From positions 1-43,645 of the forward strand of contig CAJOMY010000001.1 in assembly GCA_905235775.1 (NCBI GenBank): 43,645 nt of DNA, in the 5' to 3' direction. The position numbers and the translations under genes are program-made. This document shows, in pieces, positions 22,520-32,800 of this stretch. Below the pieces are notes generated by a model that did no database searches, had not been told where the DNA came from, and saw nothing but the letters and a program-made list of their open reading frames with translations. Origin of the DNA: an uncultured Bacteroidales bacterium (GTDB lineage Bacteria > Bacteroidota > Bacteroidia > Bacteroidales > UBA932). Every line of letters begins with the position of its first letter. Within the stretch, counting starts at the first letter, position 1.

Positions 22520-24250
22520 TCAGTATGAGAAGACCGCGACATACAAATAGACGGTTGTGTTATTTGTAATTGTGATTTCGCTTGTCGCAGTAGCTATTGT
22601 TACAGATGACGGTGCTGTTCCGATTGCACTTAAGGTTATTGCTCCGCTGGTGGTTGAGTTATAAACCCATATTCCCTTGTTGTTATATCCGCCACCGGCT
22701 GTAACAATAAAACCATGAGTACTTGCGGGGATAGTAATGTCTCTTGATGCATTAGCCGCTATATTAAAACTTCTTAATTCAAGACTGCCAAGCCCAAGAT
22801 TTACTTTTGCAGCTTCGGCCGTTGTTGCCCCTGTGCCACCCTGTGCAACAGGGAAAACGATCGGTCCCGTCCCCCTGTAGATCTCCCAATCGGCCGGGAT
22901 CTCCAGCGCCTTATCGTGCTCGGCCGCCTTGCCGAAGGCCACGCCGTTCCCGTCCGGGCGGAACTTCATGGCCCAGGCGCGGGCCGGGAGGCGCTGCTCA
23001 TATTGCGCGGTGTTTGCGAGCGCGTCCGTGAGCACGATGCGCACGTCGTAGGTCGTATCCGCCGAGTAAGTCCCGACGGTCAGCGCCGCGCCGGACGTCA
23101 TGCTCCCGCGCTCGGCCCAGCTGCCCGAGACGGGCTTGATATACAGCTTCATGGCATAGCTGTTCTGCCCGTTCAGGGGGCTGAAGTTTGCCGCCGCCCG
23201 CGCCGTGATATAGGCCCCGTCCTCGTCTTCGGTGCCGCTTGAATCGCTGCGGAGGATCGCGAGCTGCGTGAGCGTCGGCTTCGCGTAGGGCCGCAGCGAG
23301 ACGGATAGCGTCTCGGCGGCGCTCTGCCCGCGGCTGTCCGTCACGGTGCAGACGATACTCGCCGAGGTCCCGGCCAGGGTGCCGGTGCGGTAGGGGCTCG
23401 CGGAGTCCGTCACGCCCTCGCAGCTTATGGAATAGCCGCTGATCGTCGCGCCGTATTGACAGCTGATCTTCGATGCATCAAACGTGACCTGCGCCTTGCT
23501 GTAGCCCTGGACATACTCGGTGATCGATGCGGCCGCGGTGCCGGTGTTGTAATAGCTCGCCGCCGCCCAGCCGGAGCTGACGACCGGCGCGAGGGAATTC
23601 GCCGCGAAGCTCACCGTGATGCTCTTCGTCGAAGTCCCCATCGAGGTGCTGCCGTAATAGGTCGTGCAGGTGATCGTCGCCGCGGCGCTGTTCGCGCTCG
23701 TGATGAGCGCCGCGTAGGTCGCGGTGTCCGGCACCCAGCTCAGGTTCAGGGCGCTGCCCTGCGTTTGCAGCGTCTCGGTCCGGCCCGCGCAGCTCACCGT
23801 GACCGTGTGCGTCAGCGCGCCGGAGACGGCCTTCGTGATCGTGATCGGGATCGCGCTGCCGAAGGTCCCGTTCGAGGCGCTCACCGTGCTCGGGGCGTTC
23901 GGCGTCGCGCCGAGCGTGGTCCAGACGCTTCTCAGCCCGATCAGGAAGTTGACATTCTGTCCCGACCAGCTGTTCGGCACCTGGATATATTTGGTGTAGG
24001 TATAGCCGACGCGCGTCCTGTCCTGGATCAGGATCTCCGTGCCGTTGAATACGAGCTTGTCGGTGCTGTACTCGATATAGTTCTCCGGGTAAGCCCAGGA
24101 GCTGTAGGTCGTAAAATCCACCCGCAGGCGCATTTTACCCGCCTGTGTCGGCGTCACCTCGGTGACGGTCCAGCCGTTCTCCCAGTAGACCTGTCTGCTG
24201 CTGTCTGCCCAGCCGGTGTTGCGTCTCTCTGCTGTGTAACTCCATGCCAT
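22520..24250 (-). CDS. Tail fibre/spike protein (DUF859-like)
   Basis: Ser/Thr-rich beta protein, VTDSRGQS, GNGVAFGKAAE, PVAQGGTGATTA; AT-rich tip. Confidence 0.75.
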   Translation of the reverse strand: MAWSYTAERRNTGWADSSRQVYWENGWTVTEVTPTQAGKMRLRVDFTTYSSWAYPENYIEYSTDKLVFNGTEILIQDRTRVGYTYTKYIQVPNSWSGQNVNFLIGLRSVWTTLGATPNAPSTVSASNGTFGSAIPITITKAVSGALTHTVTVSCAGRTETLQTQGSALNLSWVPDTATYAALITSANSAAATITCTTYYGSTSMGTSTKSITVSFAANSLAPVVSSGWAAASYYNTGTAAASITEYVQGYSKAQVTFDASKISCQYGATISGYSISCEGVTDSASPYRTGTLAGTSASIVCTVTDSRGQSAAETLSVSLRPYAKPTLTQLAILRSDSSGTEDEDGAYITARAAANFSPLNGQNSYAMKLYIKPVSGSWAERGSMTSGAALTVGTYSADTTYDVRIVLTDALANTAQYEQRLPARAWAMKFRPDGNGVAFGKAAEHDKALEIPADWEIYRGTGPIVFPVAQGGTGATTAEAAKVNLGLGSLELRSFNIAANASRDITIPASTHGFIVTAGGGYNNKGIWVYNSTTSGAITLSAIGTAPSSVTIATATSEITITNNTTVYLYVAVFSY

Positions 24251-24253
24251 GCC

Positions 24254-25084
24254 TTAATCCCCCACATACCGGATGCCGAAGCCGTTCACGCCCGTCGCGA
24301 GCCAGCCCGCTCCGATGCGGAGGCTGTTCTCCACGGCGAGATTCGCCACGTGCAGCATCCCGTCCACGGAATCGAACCAGCCGCGCTTCGAGCCGTTGAT
24401 CCAGAACTGCCAGCCCTTCGAGGTGTAGAGGCCCAGCGTCTGGCCTGGGCTGAGCTCGTAATAGGTAAGGCCGTCCTGTGTGACTTGAGCGCCGGTGAAG
24501 CGCAATTCCTCCGAGATGGCGATGCCCATCGCGGTCTCGCCGGTCTCGGGATCGGTGATAAGGCCGCGGCGGATCTCGCCCTCAATGCTGGTATAGTAGG
24601 TCTGCAGCAGGTCAATACTGTCCTGCGCGGATTCGATGGCGCTGTCATAGTCGTAGCTTTCCACGACGCCGCGGGCGGTGTTCTCAATCGTACTGTTGAT
24701 GGTCTCTGCAAAGGAGCCAAAGGTTGACTGCGCAAGATAGCGAGAATCGTATACGTCGATCCTGCTGTCCGCGTAGCTGATGACGGTCGCGTCGCCCGCC
24801 TCGATCTGCTTCTGCAGGTCCTTCGCGCTCTTGGTGATGAGGCTGCGCAGCTCGGCCGCGTTCTTCCGCACGGCGTCCACGTCTGCGCCGGACGCGCCCC
24901 CGCCTGTTCCCTGCCGGTAGACCCGCTTTCCGTCCGACCCGACGCTCACGGCTGCGGTCTCGGCTGCGTCCGCCGTCGCCACGCCTTCCAGGCTCTGCGC
25001 CATGCGGAACAGGTAGTCGCGCAGCGCGTTCACCTGCTCCTGCGTGGTGCCGCGCAGCATCGGCGGTTTTTCAGTGAAGGCCAT
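24254..25084 (-). CDS. Tail protein (coiled-coil plus beta C-terminus)
   Basis: Probable start MAFTEKPP at 25084; position within the tail module. Confidence 0.65.
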   Translation of the reverse strand: MAFTEKPPMLRGTTQEQVNALRDYLFRMAQSLEGVATADAAETAAVSVGSDGKRVYRQGTGGGASGADVDAVRKNAAELRSLITKSAKDLQKQIEAGDATVISYADSRIDVYDSRYLAQSTFGSFAETINSTIENTARGVVESYDYDSAIESAQDSIDLLQTYYTSIEGEIRRGLITDPETGETAMGIAISEELRFTGAQVTQDGLTYYELSPGQTLGLYTSKGWQFWINGSKRGWFDSVDGMLHVANLAVENSLRIGAGWLATGVNGFGIRYVGD

Positions 25085-26844
25085 TACATATCGCTCCCTT
25101 TGCTCAGAACGCGCGTGATGGACAGGATGCGCACATCGCCGCGCCCTTCCAGGCGCAGACGCAGATGGTCGCAGCGCCGCGGCCGGACCGGGATGTTCGC
25201 CGTTCCCGTGTTGTCGGTCATGATATCCCCGGCCTCGATATCCCCGGCAAAGATCCAAGGCCCCTTGCTGTCATACTCGATGAACATCTTCATGCGCGTG
25301 CCCTTTGCCATTTGCAGGCGGATATTGTACCGGGACAGGTATTTCTTGTCCGGGTAGTCATAGTGCATGATCCCGGTCTCAGCGATCCAGTGCGGAGGCG
25401 CTTCCAGCGTGCCGACGGTCCCGTTGATGGCGAGGATGCGGTTCTCGCTCTGCACATAGAGCTCGTCGCCCACCTGGGCAAAGTTCTCGGCGTGCAGTTC
25501 GTCCTCGTGCATCCAAAGGCCTTTCCCCGCGTCGAAGCAGAAGAAGTGCCAGGCGTCATAGGCGTCCTGCATGCTGATATAGTAGAGCTGCCCGAACACG
25601 CCGGCCACAGCCTTATAGTATTTCTCGTCCCCCAGCGCGTCAGAGACCGCTGCCGGCATGCCGCCCTGATAGGCCACGACGCCGGTCCGGGACTTGTAGT
25701 AAAGTGTCTCGTTCACGACGGCGAGGCTCTTGTGGCTGCCCTGCTGCACACCGCGCGCCGGGATATCCCCGATCTGATGCGCGCCGACGGAAGAAACCGA
25801 TACGGGGTGTATCACGTTCTCCTTGAAGAAGGTCGGCGTGCCAAGGTAGTTGATGCAGCCTGTCCACGGCCCGTCTGAGCCGCGGGAGGCGCGCCAGCTG
25901 TCGGTGCTGATGCCGAGATACTGGCTCCAGTTGCGAAAGTCTCCGAGCGCGCAGCAATAGATCTCGTTCAGGTTCTGGGTGCCGTCGTTTCCGTAGAAGC
26001 AGCCCCAGAGCCGGTTCTGCGCCTCGCACACAAAGTCCATGTCCGGCACCTTGCGCGAGATGGTAACGGCGCCTTCCTCTTCGGTGTAGGGCTCCTCCTG
26101 GATGCCGACAAGCACGATGTAATCCTGCTGGTCCTCCTCGTTCCCGCCGACGGCATAGAGGATCTTCGAGCCGTTTAAGTCCTCGAAGTGCGCGCCGGCG
26201 AGCTCCACGCCGTCGTATTCCTTGAACAGTCCCGGCACCTGCCCCATGGTGGTGAAGTCCAGCCGGGTATAGACGGTCTCGATCACGACCCAGATCTCTT
26301 CGCTGTATTCCTTCACGGTGCCGCTCGTCGTGTCGATCCACACCGCGCCGTTTGCGGGGTTCTGCGGCTCGCTGCCGCTCTTCGTGACGTTTGTGTAGAT
26401 CTCGCCGTCCGCGTGGCACATCGAATAGGTCACGGGGCCGGTATAGCTCCACTCCGCGCCCATGCTGCCGAAGTCCGTCAAGTCCTGGGTGTTGATATAT
26501 TTCTTGTCCGGGAAAATGCAGATGTACGCGCCCATGCTGACAAGCTGCGTCTCCCTCTCGGTCTGCAGGCCTGTGAGCCCGGTCGCGTAGCCGTTGGCGT
26601 AGAGCGTCCCGTCATCCACCCAGTACAGCGCGTCCTTGGCGATGATCGCCTGCAGGTTGGTAAAGCTGCGGTCCAGAACGCCGCGCCGCCCGCGGTTGGC
26701 GAACAGCGGGTAGTACTGGTTCGTCAGATCCTTGGTGAAATAGAACTCGCCGTCCCGGATTTTGAGATTGTGGTTGTACCCGGCGAAAACGTCAATCATT
26801 TCCCGCGTGGTCGAGCCGCCGCTGAGAATCGGAAGTTTCGGCAT
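25084..26844 (-). CDS. Podovirus-type tail nozzle / DNA stabilization protein
   Basis: About 586 aa beta-propeller-like protein (NRLWGC, IYCCALGDFRNW) following the adaptor. Confidence 0.7.
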   Translation of the reverse strand: MPKLPILSGGSTTREMIDVFAGYNHNLKIRDGEFYFTKDLTNQYYPLFANRGRRGVLDRSFTNLQAIIAKDALYWVDDGTLYANGYATGLTGLQTERETQLVSMGAYICIFPDKKYINTQDLTDFGSMGAEWSYTGPVTYSMCHADGEIYTNVTKSGSEPQNPANGAVWIDTTSGTVKEYSEEIWVVIETVYTRLDFTTMGQVPGLFKEYDGVELAGAHFEDLNGSKILYAVGGNEEDQQDYIVLVGIQEEPYTEEEGAVTISRKVPDMDFVCEAQNRLWGCFYGNDGTQNLNEIYCCALGDFRNWSQYLGISTDSWRASRGSDGPWTGCINYLGTPTFFKENVIHPVSVSSVGAHQIGDIPARGVQQGSHKSLAVVNETLYYKSRTGVVAYQGGMPAAVSDALGDEKYYKAVAGVFGQLYYISMQDAYDAWHFFCFDAGKGLWMHEDELHAENFAQVGDELYVQSENRILAINGTVGTLEAPPHWIAETGIMHYDYPDKKYLSRYNIRLQMAKGTRMKMFIEYDSKGPWIFAGDIEAGDIMTDNTGTANIPVRPRRCDHLRLRLEGRGDVRILSITRVLSKGSDM

Positions 26845-27212
26845 TAGAAGATCCAGCTCCCTCCGTGAATGGCTCTGTGTCTCTTGTTGTACTGTTCGCA
26901 ATATCCGCGGTATTCGGCGTTGAACAGGGTCGAATACTGGTTGTACAGCGCAATTTCCTGGTTTGCCTCGGCGATCTTCGCCAGCAGCCAGTTTCCGTAT
27001 ACGTCGCGTGCATACGGGGCCGGAATCAGAAGCGTCTCGCTGCCGTCCTTGTACGCCTCCGGCGCTGTGCTCCCCTTCGCCTGATGATACTGCGTCAGAA
27101 TTTCCAGCCAGAATTTCCCGTCAAGGTCGCTCAGCCAGGCGAGCTTCTGCTCCGGTGTGTACTGGTTGGGCGCAAGCGTGTCCGCCCACTTGATTGCTTC
27201 CTGCCCCGTCAT
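26844..27212 (-). CDS. Head-tail adaptor
   Basis: ADTLAPNQY...K..WLSDLDG; downstream of the capsid gene. Confidence 0.65.
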   Translation of the reverse strand: MTGQEAIKWADTLAPNQYTPEQKLAWLSDLDGKFWLEILTQYHQAKGSTAPEAYKDGSETLLIPAPYARDVYGNWLLAKIAEANQEIALYNQYSTLFNAEYRGYCEQYNKRHRAIHGGSWIF

Positions 27213-27234
27213 GGCGTTCCCTCCCCGTTAAAGA

Positions 27235-27510
27235 TCAGGCCTTCTCGTTGGCGAGCATGCGCTCCTTCGCGTCGAGCATGAAGTCCTCGGCGGCCTGAGA
27301 GCGTTCGATCTCGGCTGCCACAAAGTCGGGCACCTCGACGGCCTTGCCCTTCGGGATGCGGTAATTCACGCCGTTGATGCCGACAAAGAGATCCTCGGGC
27401 TCTCCATTGCGGGCGCGGGGGATCGTGACTTTGACCTTGTCGTTGGTCTTTTGGGTCGTTTCTGCCATGATGTTCTCCTTGTCGTTGGTCTTTTGGGTCG
27501 TTTCTGCCAT
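27235..27510 (-). CDS. Small virion-associated protein with duplicated N-terminus
   Basis: VGINGVNYRIPKGKAVEVP; two RBS + ATG starts (27510 and 27468). Confidence 0.75.
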   Translation of the reverse strand: MAETTQKTNDKENIMAETTQKTNDKVKVTIPRARNGEPEDLFVGINGVNYRIPKGKAVEVPDFVAAEIERSQAAEDFMLDAKERMLANEKA

Positions 27511-27522
27511 GATGTTCTCCTT
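27435..27522. repeat. Perfect 42 bp tandem duplication
   Basis: CCTTGTCGTTGGTCTTTTGGGTCGTTTCTGCCATGATGTTCT twice, plus CCTT. Confidence 0.95.
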
Positions 27523-27528
27523 TCAAAC

Positions 27529-27558
27529 GCGGAGGGGATGTTGTTTTCTCCCCTCCGC
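27529..27558 (-). terminator. Hairpin after the major capsid gene
   Basis: GCGGAGGGGA..TCCCCTCCGC. Confidence 0.65.
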
Positions 27559-27587
27559 TCATCATTCATTTGCCCGTCTGTGCGGGA

Positions 27588-28694
27588 TTAGTAGTTGCTC
27601 TCGTCGGTCGCGGAGAAGCTGGAGCAGCTCATCACGCGCAGCATGCGCTCGGGATAGAGGATCGTCGCGCCGTTGGTCTCGAGCTTGTAGCCGATGGTGC
27701 TGAACTGGTTCAGCGGGCCGCCGATCTCGTCCTTGTCGTGGATGATCATCTCCAGGGCGCCGCCCTCGGGGTCGATGATGCCGAAGGCGTCCTTGCCGAA
27801 GAAATAGGTGGCGTAGGTCGCGCCGTTGGCCTTGTTCTTGTAGCTGGTCTCACCGACCATCAGCAGGACCGGCGCGAACACGTTCTCGATGAAGCGCACG
27901 CCGTGCAGCTCGCCGATCTCGCCGTTGAAGAGCTCCTCGGGCGCGGCGTACTTGTGCGCCTCGATCCAGCCGTCGCACTCACGCAGGTTGAAGGCCACGG
28001 AGGGATGGATCACCGCATAGTACTTGCCGTTGATGCGGGGCACGCGGTTTTTCTTCATGATGGTGACGGCCTTGTTGATCATCTCGGGCGTCAGCATGCT
28101 CATCGCCGCGGCTGCGGCCTCCATCGTGGCGCAGGTCGTCGGGGTGCTGACGAAGGCGCCGTTCGTGGGGTTGATGTTGTCGCAGTAGAGCACGTTGGTG
28201 CCGACGAGCAGCGCGTTGCGGATCAGGGCCTCCTGCGTCTCGGCGGCGGAGGCGCCCATCTCCTCGGTCGCGCCGAGGATCACATCGTCGTAGGCACGCA
28301 GCTCCAGCTTGTCGGTGATGGAGGTGTAGATGCCGTACTGGTCGATGCTGCCGAGCAGGTTGGTCACGCCGAAGGTCTTGCCGGTGGGGATCACGCCCTC
28401 CTCGAGCTTGTCGGCACGCGGGAAGGTGTTCCACTTGCGCCACTCGACCTGGCCCTTGTGGTTCTTCGGCAGGTTCTGGCGCTTGCCGAACTGCGCGTAA
28501 TACAGCTCAACGCGAGCGTTCTCCAGCAGCTCGGTGTCGTAGAAGGCCTTGAGCTCGGGTGCCATGTCGTTGGTCGAGGTGCGGGCCGTGGTCGCGCCGG
28601 TGTAGGCGTTGACCATCGCCTCGGTCGCGTTCACGTTGGTGCCGGCGTCAGCGAAAAACTGCAGGCTGAACAGCCGCTTGATAAAGTCTTTCAT
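27588..28694 (-). CDS. Major capsid protein (N4-gp56-like) with Prp-type leader LQFF|AD
   Basis: LEEGVIPTG, QYG, IHP, GEIGELHGVRF, GGPLNQFSTIGYK. Confidence 0.92.
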   Translation of the reverse strand: MKDFIKRLFSLQFFADAGTNVNATEAMVNAYTGATTARTSTNDMAPELKAFYDTELLENARVELYYAQFGKRQNLPKNHKGQVEWRKWNTFPRADKLEEGVIPTGKTFGVTNLLGSIDQYGIYTSITDKLELRAYDDVILGATEEMGASAAETQEALIRNALLVGTNVLYCDNINPTNGAFVSTPTTCATMEAAAAAMSMLTPEMINKAVTIMKKNRVPRINGKYYAVIHPSVAFNLRECDGWIEAHKYAAPEELFNGEIGELHGVRFIENVFAPVLLMVGETSYKNKANGATYATYFFGKDAFGIIDPEGGALEMIIHDKDEIGGPLNQFSTIGYKLETNGATILYPERMLRVMSCSSFSATDESNY

Positions 28695-28709
28695 TCGTTT
28701 CTCCTTTTC

Positions 28710-29747
28710 TTATCTCGGTGGATTCCTCCTGATGTAATTGAGCCGTTCTTCTGGCGTCATGCCCCTGAACATCTCCACATAGGAGGAATAGTCTCCTCTC
28801 TTGGTTGTGACGGCAGCCGTGGAGCTCCCGTTTTCGCGCGGTCTGGCCTGCATGTCGCCGCGGGCTTTGGCCGCGTCAGCCTTTGCCCTGGCCGCAACGG
28901 TTTCCACGGTGCTTTTCTCGATTTCGTCCTGATGCACCGCGCGGTACGCCCTGCGGACGTCCCACCCGATATCAGGCGCGGTGAGCCGCAGAAATTCCGG
29001 GTTCTGCATTTCGCGGTTCAGATCAAAGTTCGGGAATTCCTTGAGCATATCGGGCACCTGCTGCTGCATCTTGTAGAAGTGCTCCTCAAGCTGCTGCCGC
29101 CGCTCGTTCTGCTGCCGCTGTGCCTCTTCCCATTCCTTGCGCCAGTCGGATTTGACTTTCTCCGTGCTCTCTCCCCGCTCCAGCGCCCGATCTTCAAAGA
29201 AGTAGTCATCGTCCGTAGCGGCTGCGATCAGCGCGTCAAGGTCGTACTGGCCGTCCCTGGCTTCGATGTTGTACCGCCCGCCCAAAAGTTTGAGCAGCGG
29301 GGCCATCTTGCCAAGCTGTTCCTGCGCTGCGTTCTTGGCCTCCGTGGCGCTCTTGCCGCGTTCGGCCATCATGCCCTGAATCCTCTGCTGCACTTCCGGG
29401 ATCTTCAAAAGCGCGTCCACGTCCACGGGGGCCGTGCCCTGCGCCGGTGTTCCCTCCTCGGCCTTCCCGGCTGTGCTTCCGGGACCGTCATCCTGAGCGG
29501 AGGCGCTTTGCGCCGCATCCGCGGATTCTCCGCGGTTCTTGCTGCGCTTCTCCATCCGGCTCTTGTATTTTTCGGCCTTGTCCTTGGGAACGCCCAGATC
29601 CATCAAACGCTGTCCGGCGTCAACAGCCTTTTCGCCCGCATCCCGCCCGGCGTCGGCGGAAGTTACGCCCGTTCCGGCCCCGTCTCCGCCGTCGCCTCCG
29701 GATGCGCCATCGGCAAAGATTTGGAGCCATTTGAATGTGTTAGACAT
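28710..29747 (-). CDS. Capsid scaffolding protein with Prp-type leader LQIF|AD
   Basis: MSNTFKWLQIFADG; charged and helical; directly upstream of the capsid gene. Confidence 0.8.
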   Translation of the reverse strand: MSNTFKWLQIFADGASGGDGGDGAGTGVTSADAGRDAGEKAVDAGQRLMDLGVPKDKAEKYKSRMEKRSKNRGESADAAQSASAQDDGPGSTAGKAEEGTPAQGTAPVDVDALLKIPEVQQRIQGMMAERGKSATEAKNAAQEQLGKMAPLLKLLGGRYNIEARDGQYDLDALIAAATDDDYFFEDRALERGESTEKVKSDWRKEWEEAQRQQNERRQQLEEHFYKMQQQVPDMLKEFPNFDLNREMQNPEFLRLTAPDIGWDVRRAYRAVHQDEIEKSTVETVAARAKADAAKARGDMQARPRENGSSTAAVTTKRGDYSSYVEMFRGMTPEERLNYIRRNPPR

Positions 29748-29808
29748 AAATACTCCTTTCTTACGTCCTTTTTTGGGGGGACGGGCCCGCAGGTTTATGT
29801 CTGCCCCC

Positions 29809-29848
29809 ATTGTAAAAAAGAGAGGCGGGGCTTGTTAATCCCCGCCTC
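29809..29848 (-). promoter_or_regulatory. Late promoter motif AGGCGGGGATTAA-N20-TACAAT inside a terminator hairpin
   Basis: 13-mer at 29835-29847; stem GAGGCGGGG/CCCCGCCTC. Confidence 0.7.
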
Positions 29849-29856
29849 AGAAAATT

Positions 29857-32800
29857 TTAGTTTCGCCACGGTGCCTCGTAAATCGTCTTTTCAGACCATC
29901 CGTTTTTGCGGTACAGAGCGTCTTTGACGGCGTTGCTTACGGGCAGCGCGTCGATCACGCGCATAACCTCAGCCTTTTTCGATCCGGAATCCGTCTTGCC
30001 GTCGCCGTCAAGATCTGTCCCCTTGCACTGAGCATATCCGGTCTTGTATGTGGCGTATTGGTCAATCGTCAGCCCTGTCTCGCGCCAGCTGCCATCTCCA
30101 TCACCGTAATAGGCCTTGACGGTTTCCGTTCCATAGCGATCCACCTGTGAAGCGTAATCTCTCAGTGTGATGCCGGCCGTGTTCTTTACTCTGTCGTAGA
30201 AGTATTTGGCCTGAGTAACAGAAAGATCGTACTGCTCATACTCTGCGCCGTGCTGCCGGATGAAGCTCCTTGTCTCTCTCCACTCGGCCACGGTCTCATT
30301 CGCTTCGTCAACGGTCAGTCCGGCGTAATAACTGAGCAGCCTTCTGGCTTCTGCGTCGCTGAGCATTTTCTCTCCGAGGATCTCCTGCTCTTCCGCGCTC
30401 AGCTCATCGCCGAAGTACGCTTTCCGCACAAAGGTCTTGATCTCGGATTGTGCCGTCTTTTCTTTGACGCCGTGGCTTGTCAGATCAGTCATAGCACTCT
30501 TGAACGCCTTCTGGTCGCCGGCCAGAGCGGCGCGCTTGACCGCGGTGTATTTCCCGCTGTCGCCTGTCTCCCAGCTCTGTACGGTAAAGAAAGCATCATT
30601 TTGGCTTACTCCTGTTTTCTCCAGCAGGGCCGCGACCTGTTCCGCTGTACGCTTCCCGTCCTCAAAGTCTTTTTTCAACTGGCTTTTAACCGCTGAGAAA
30701 GCGGCTTTCTCACTCTCAAATGCCTCTGTTGCTTTCTGAACGGCAGCGTCGTCACCGCTCTCGAGAGCTCGGATCAGCACGTCGGTGCTCTGCGCCTTCG
30801 TGCGCTCATACCCGGCCTCAAAGCGTCCGAATTCTCCGTTGCGGATGTCCTCGATGTGGTAGAGCAGCGCGTCCTTGATTTTGATTGCGTTGTTTGCCGG
30901 GATGCCCAGATACTGGCACAGGGAGAGGCCGACTTTGGAAAGCTGCTTCTCAAACTTCGCCTTGCTCTTCTCGTCGTTGAGATCGTACTTTGTGCTCGCC
31001 AGCGTCACAAGATTGTCTATCAGATCGTTGACGCTGTCCACGCCGCTGAGTGACAAACCGTACCAGTTGCCGTTGCCTGTAGCCGCCATGAGGATGGAGT
31101 GGAGTTCGCTTCCACCCAGGAACATGCCGGCCATCGCGTCGATATAGTTGTCCAGGACCCGCAGGCTGACAGATTCCGCCGTCAGCTCGCCGTCATCGTC
31201 GTCGCGGTAGGCCTTCATGTTGTGCAGCAGCGCGTCGGCCAGGAGCTTGAACCCGACATAAACCGCCGCCTGCGTGAGCTGCGAGGAGACCGCAGAGACG
31301 AGTTGTGTCCGAGCCTCTGTCACGTCAGCCTTTGTTACCCCGTTCCGCTTGTTGGCAAAGTCTGCGTGGGCCTTCTGATAGCCGCCTGCCGCGTCGAAAA
31401 GAATGTTGAAGTTCTGAAGGCGCTGCGTCATGAACATCGTCAGGGCCCTCACCAGCTCGTTCGGATCACGCAGGATCTGGGGTCGCTGCATGGTGGTGTA
31501 GTTGGGCTGCGTTTTTTCCACGACGTCGTTGAACTTTTCCGCTACGGCCTCATAGTAGGCGTCAGAGCCTTTTTCGAGATTTGGCTTGTTATCCTGCACC
31601 CAGTATTCCGCCGCGTACCACAGACGCCCGACGGTCGCGCCGTCAACCGCCTGGATCCATCCCGTCGCCCATCGCGCCTTTTTCCAGACCCTCGAGCTGA
31701 GGCGCTGGCTGTTTTTGATATCGCCAAGCTCGACCGAGGAATATCCCTGCATGCGATACCACAGCAGAGGGGAGTATTTTGCGATCAGCTCGGCGTCCGC
31801 GCGGGAGATCATCCTGCCGGACTTTCCTCCGCGGAAGAACGCCTTCGTCAGCGCTTTTGAGCCTACCTCCGCCGCGGCTGTCGGGTAGGAGGCCATCTGC
31901 GCCAGCGCGACACGCACGTTGAGCGTCAGTGTTGTCTGTGCCAGATTGCCGCGCAGCCGTCCCATAAGGCGGTTGAGCCCCAGGGAATCGTCGCCGACGC
32001 CCCGGCTCCCGGTCAGGTCCGCGATCAGGTTCTCCACGTACTGGCCGCCCTCTTTGCCGAAGGTCGCGTTCACGGCGTTCTTGAGCGAATCGCTGTAGCC
32101 GGAGCCCATTTTGTTCCAGACCTTGTTGAAGTTCCGGATGGCCGGCATGAGCCCGGAATACTGTGCGACGCGCTGGATCTGATTGTTCACAACAGAGGAG
32201 ATATCCAGCGCAAGCGAGGGGTTCCCGGACTTGACGCGCTCCTTCATGAAGCCCGCGTTCTCGAGGTTCATGTCTCTCGTGACGGCCTCAAAGCTGCTCG
32301 CGAGGAAATTCGGGTCGCTCGTGATGGGGTAATAATTCTCCACCTGCGCCTTCTCGATGCCGTAAACCTCCATCGTCGTCTCGTTCAGATACCGCTTGCT
32401 GTCCGTGTCCATGAGCTGCTGTGTCGCCCGGATCCACTTCCTGTCAAAGTCCGTGAGCTGCCGCTCGATGTTTGCTTTCACCGTGTCGGCGTAAGTCTCG
32501 CCGGAAAGCTCGAGCTCTTCGATCCGTTCCTGGATCTCGTCGGCAAGGGCCTCGTCGCCTGCGCTTTTTGCCTCGCGCTGCTCGTGGTAGAGCTCGCTCA
32601 ATTCGCTCGCGATACCGACGGCCCTCTGCGTCCCGATGCCGAAGCCGCCTTTGCCGCTGTAGAAGTCGCTGAGATTCGGGATCGTCTTTCCGCCGCGGAT
32701 AAAATGCCTCCGGTTGTCCTCGTTCAGCAGATCCATATAGATCCCGGCTGCGATGCCGTGCGTCACGGGGATCGCGTTCCCGCTCTCGTCCTTGAGACCG

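Noticed and set aside
19593-24250. Diversity-generating retroelement or invertible tail cassette
   Set aside because: No reverse transcriptase, TR/VR pair, invertase or flanking inverted repeats were seen.
27570-29927. 785 aa plus-strand ORF, and similar long antisense ORFs (33022..35136, 36655..38025, 23456..24727)
   Set aside because: They are antisense shadows of high-GC genes with no RBS or recognisable motifs.
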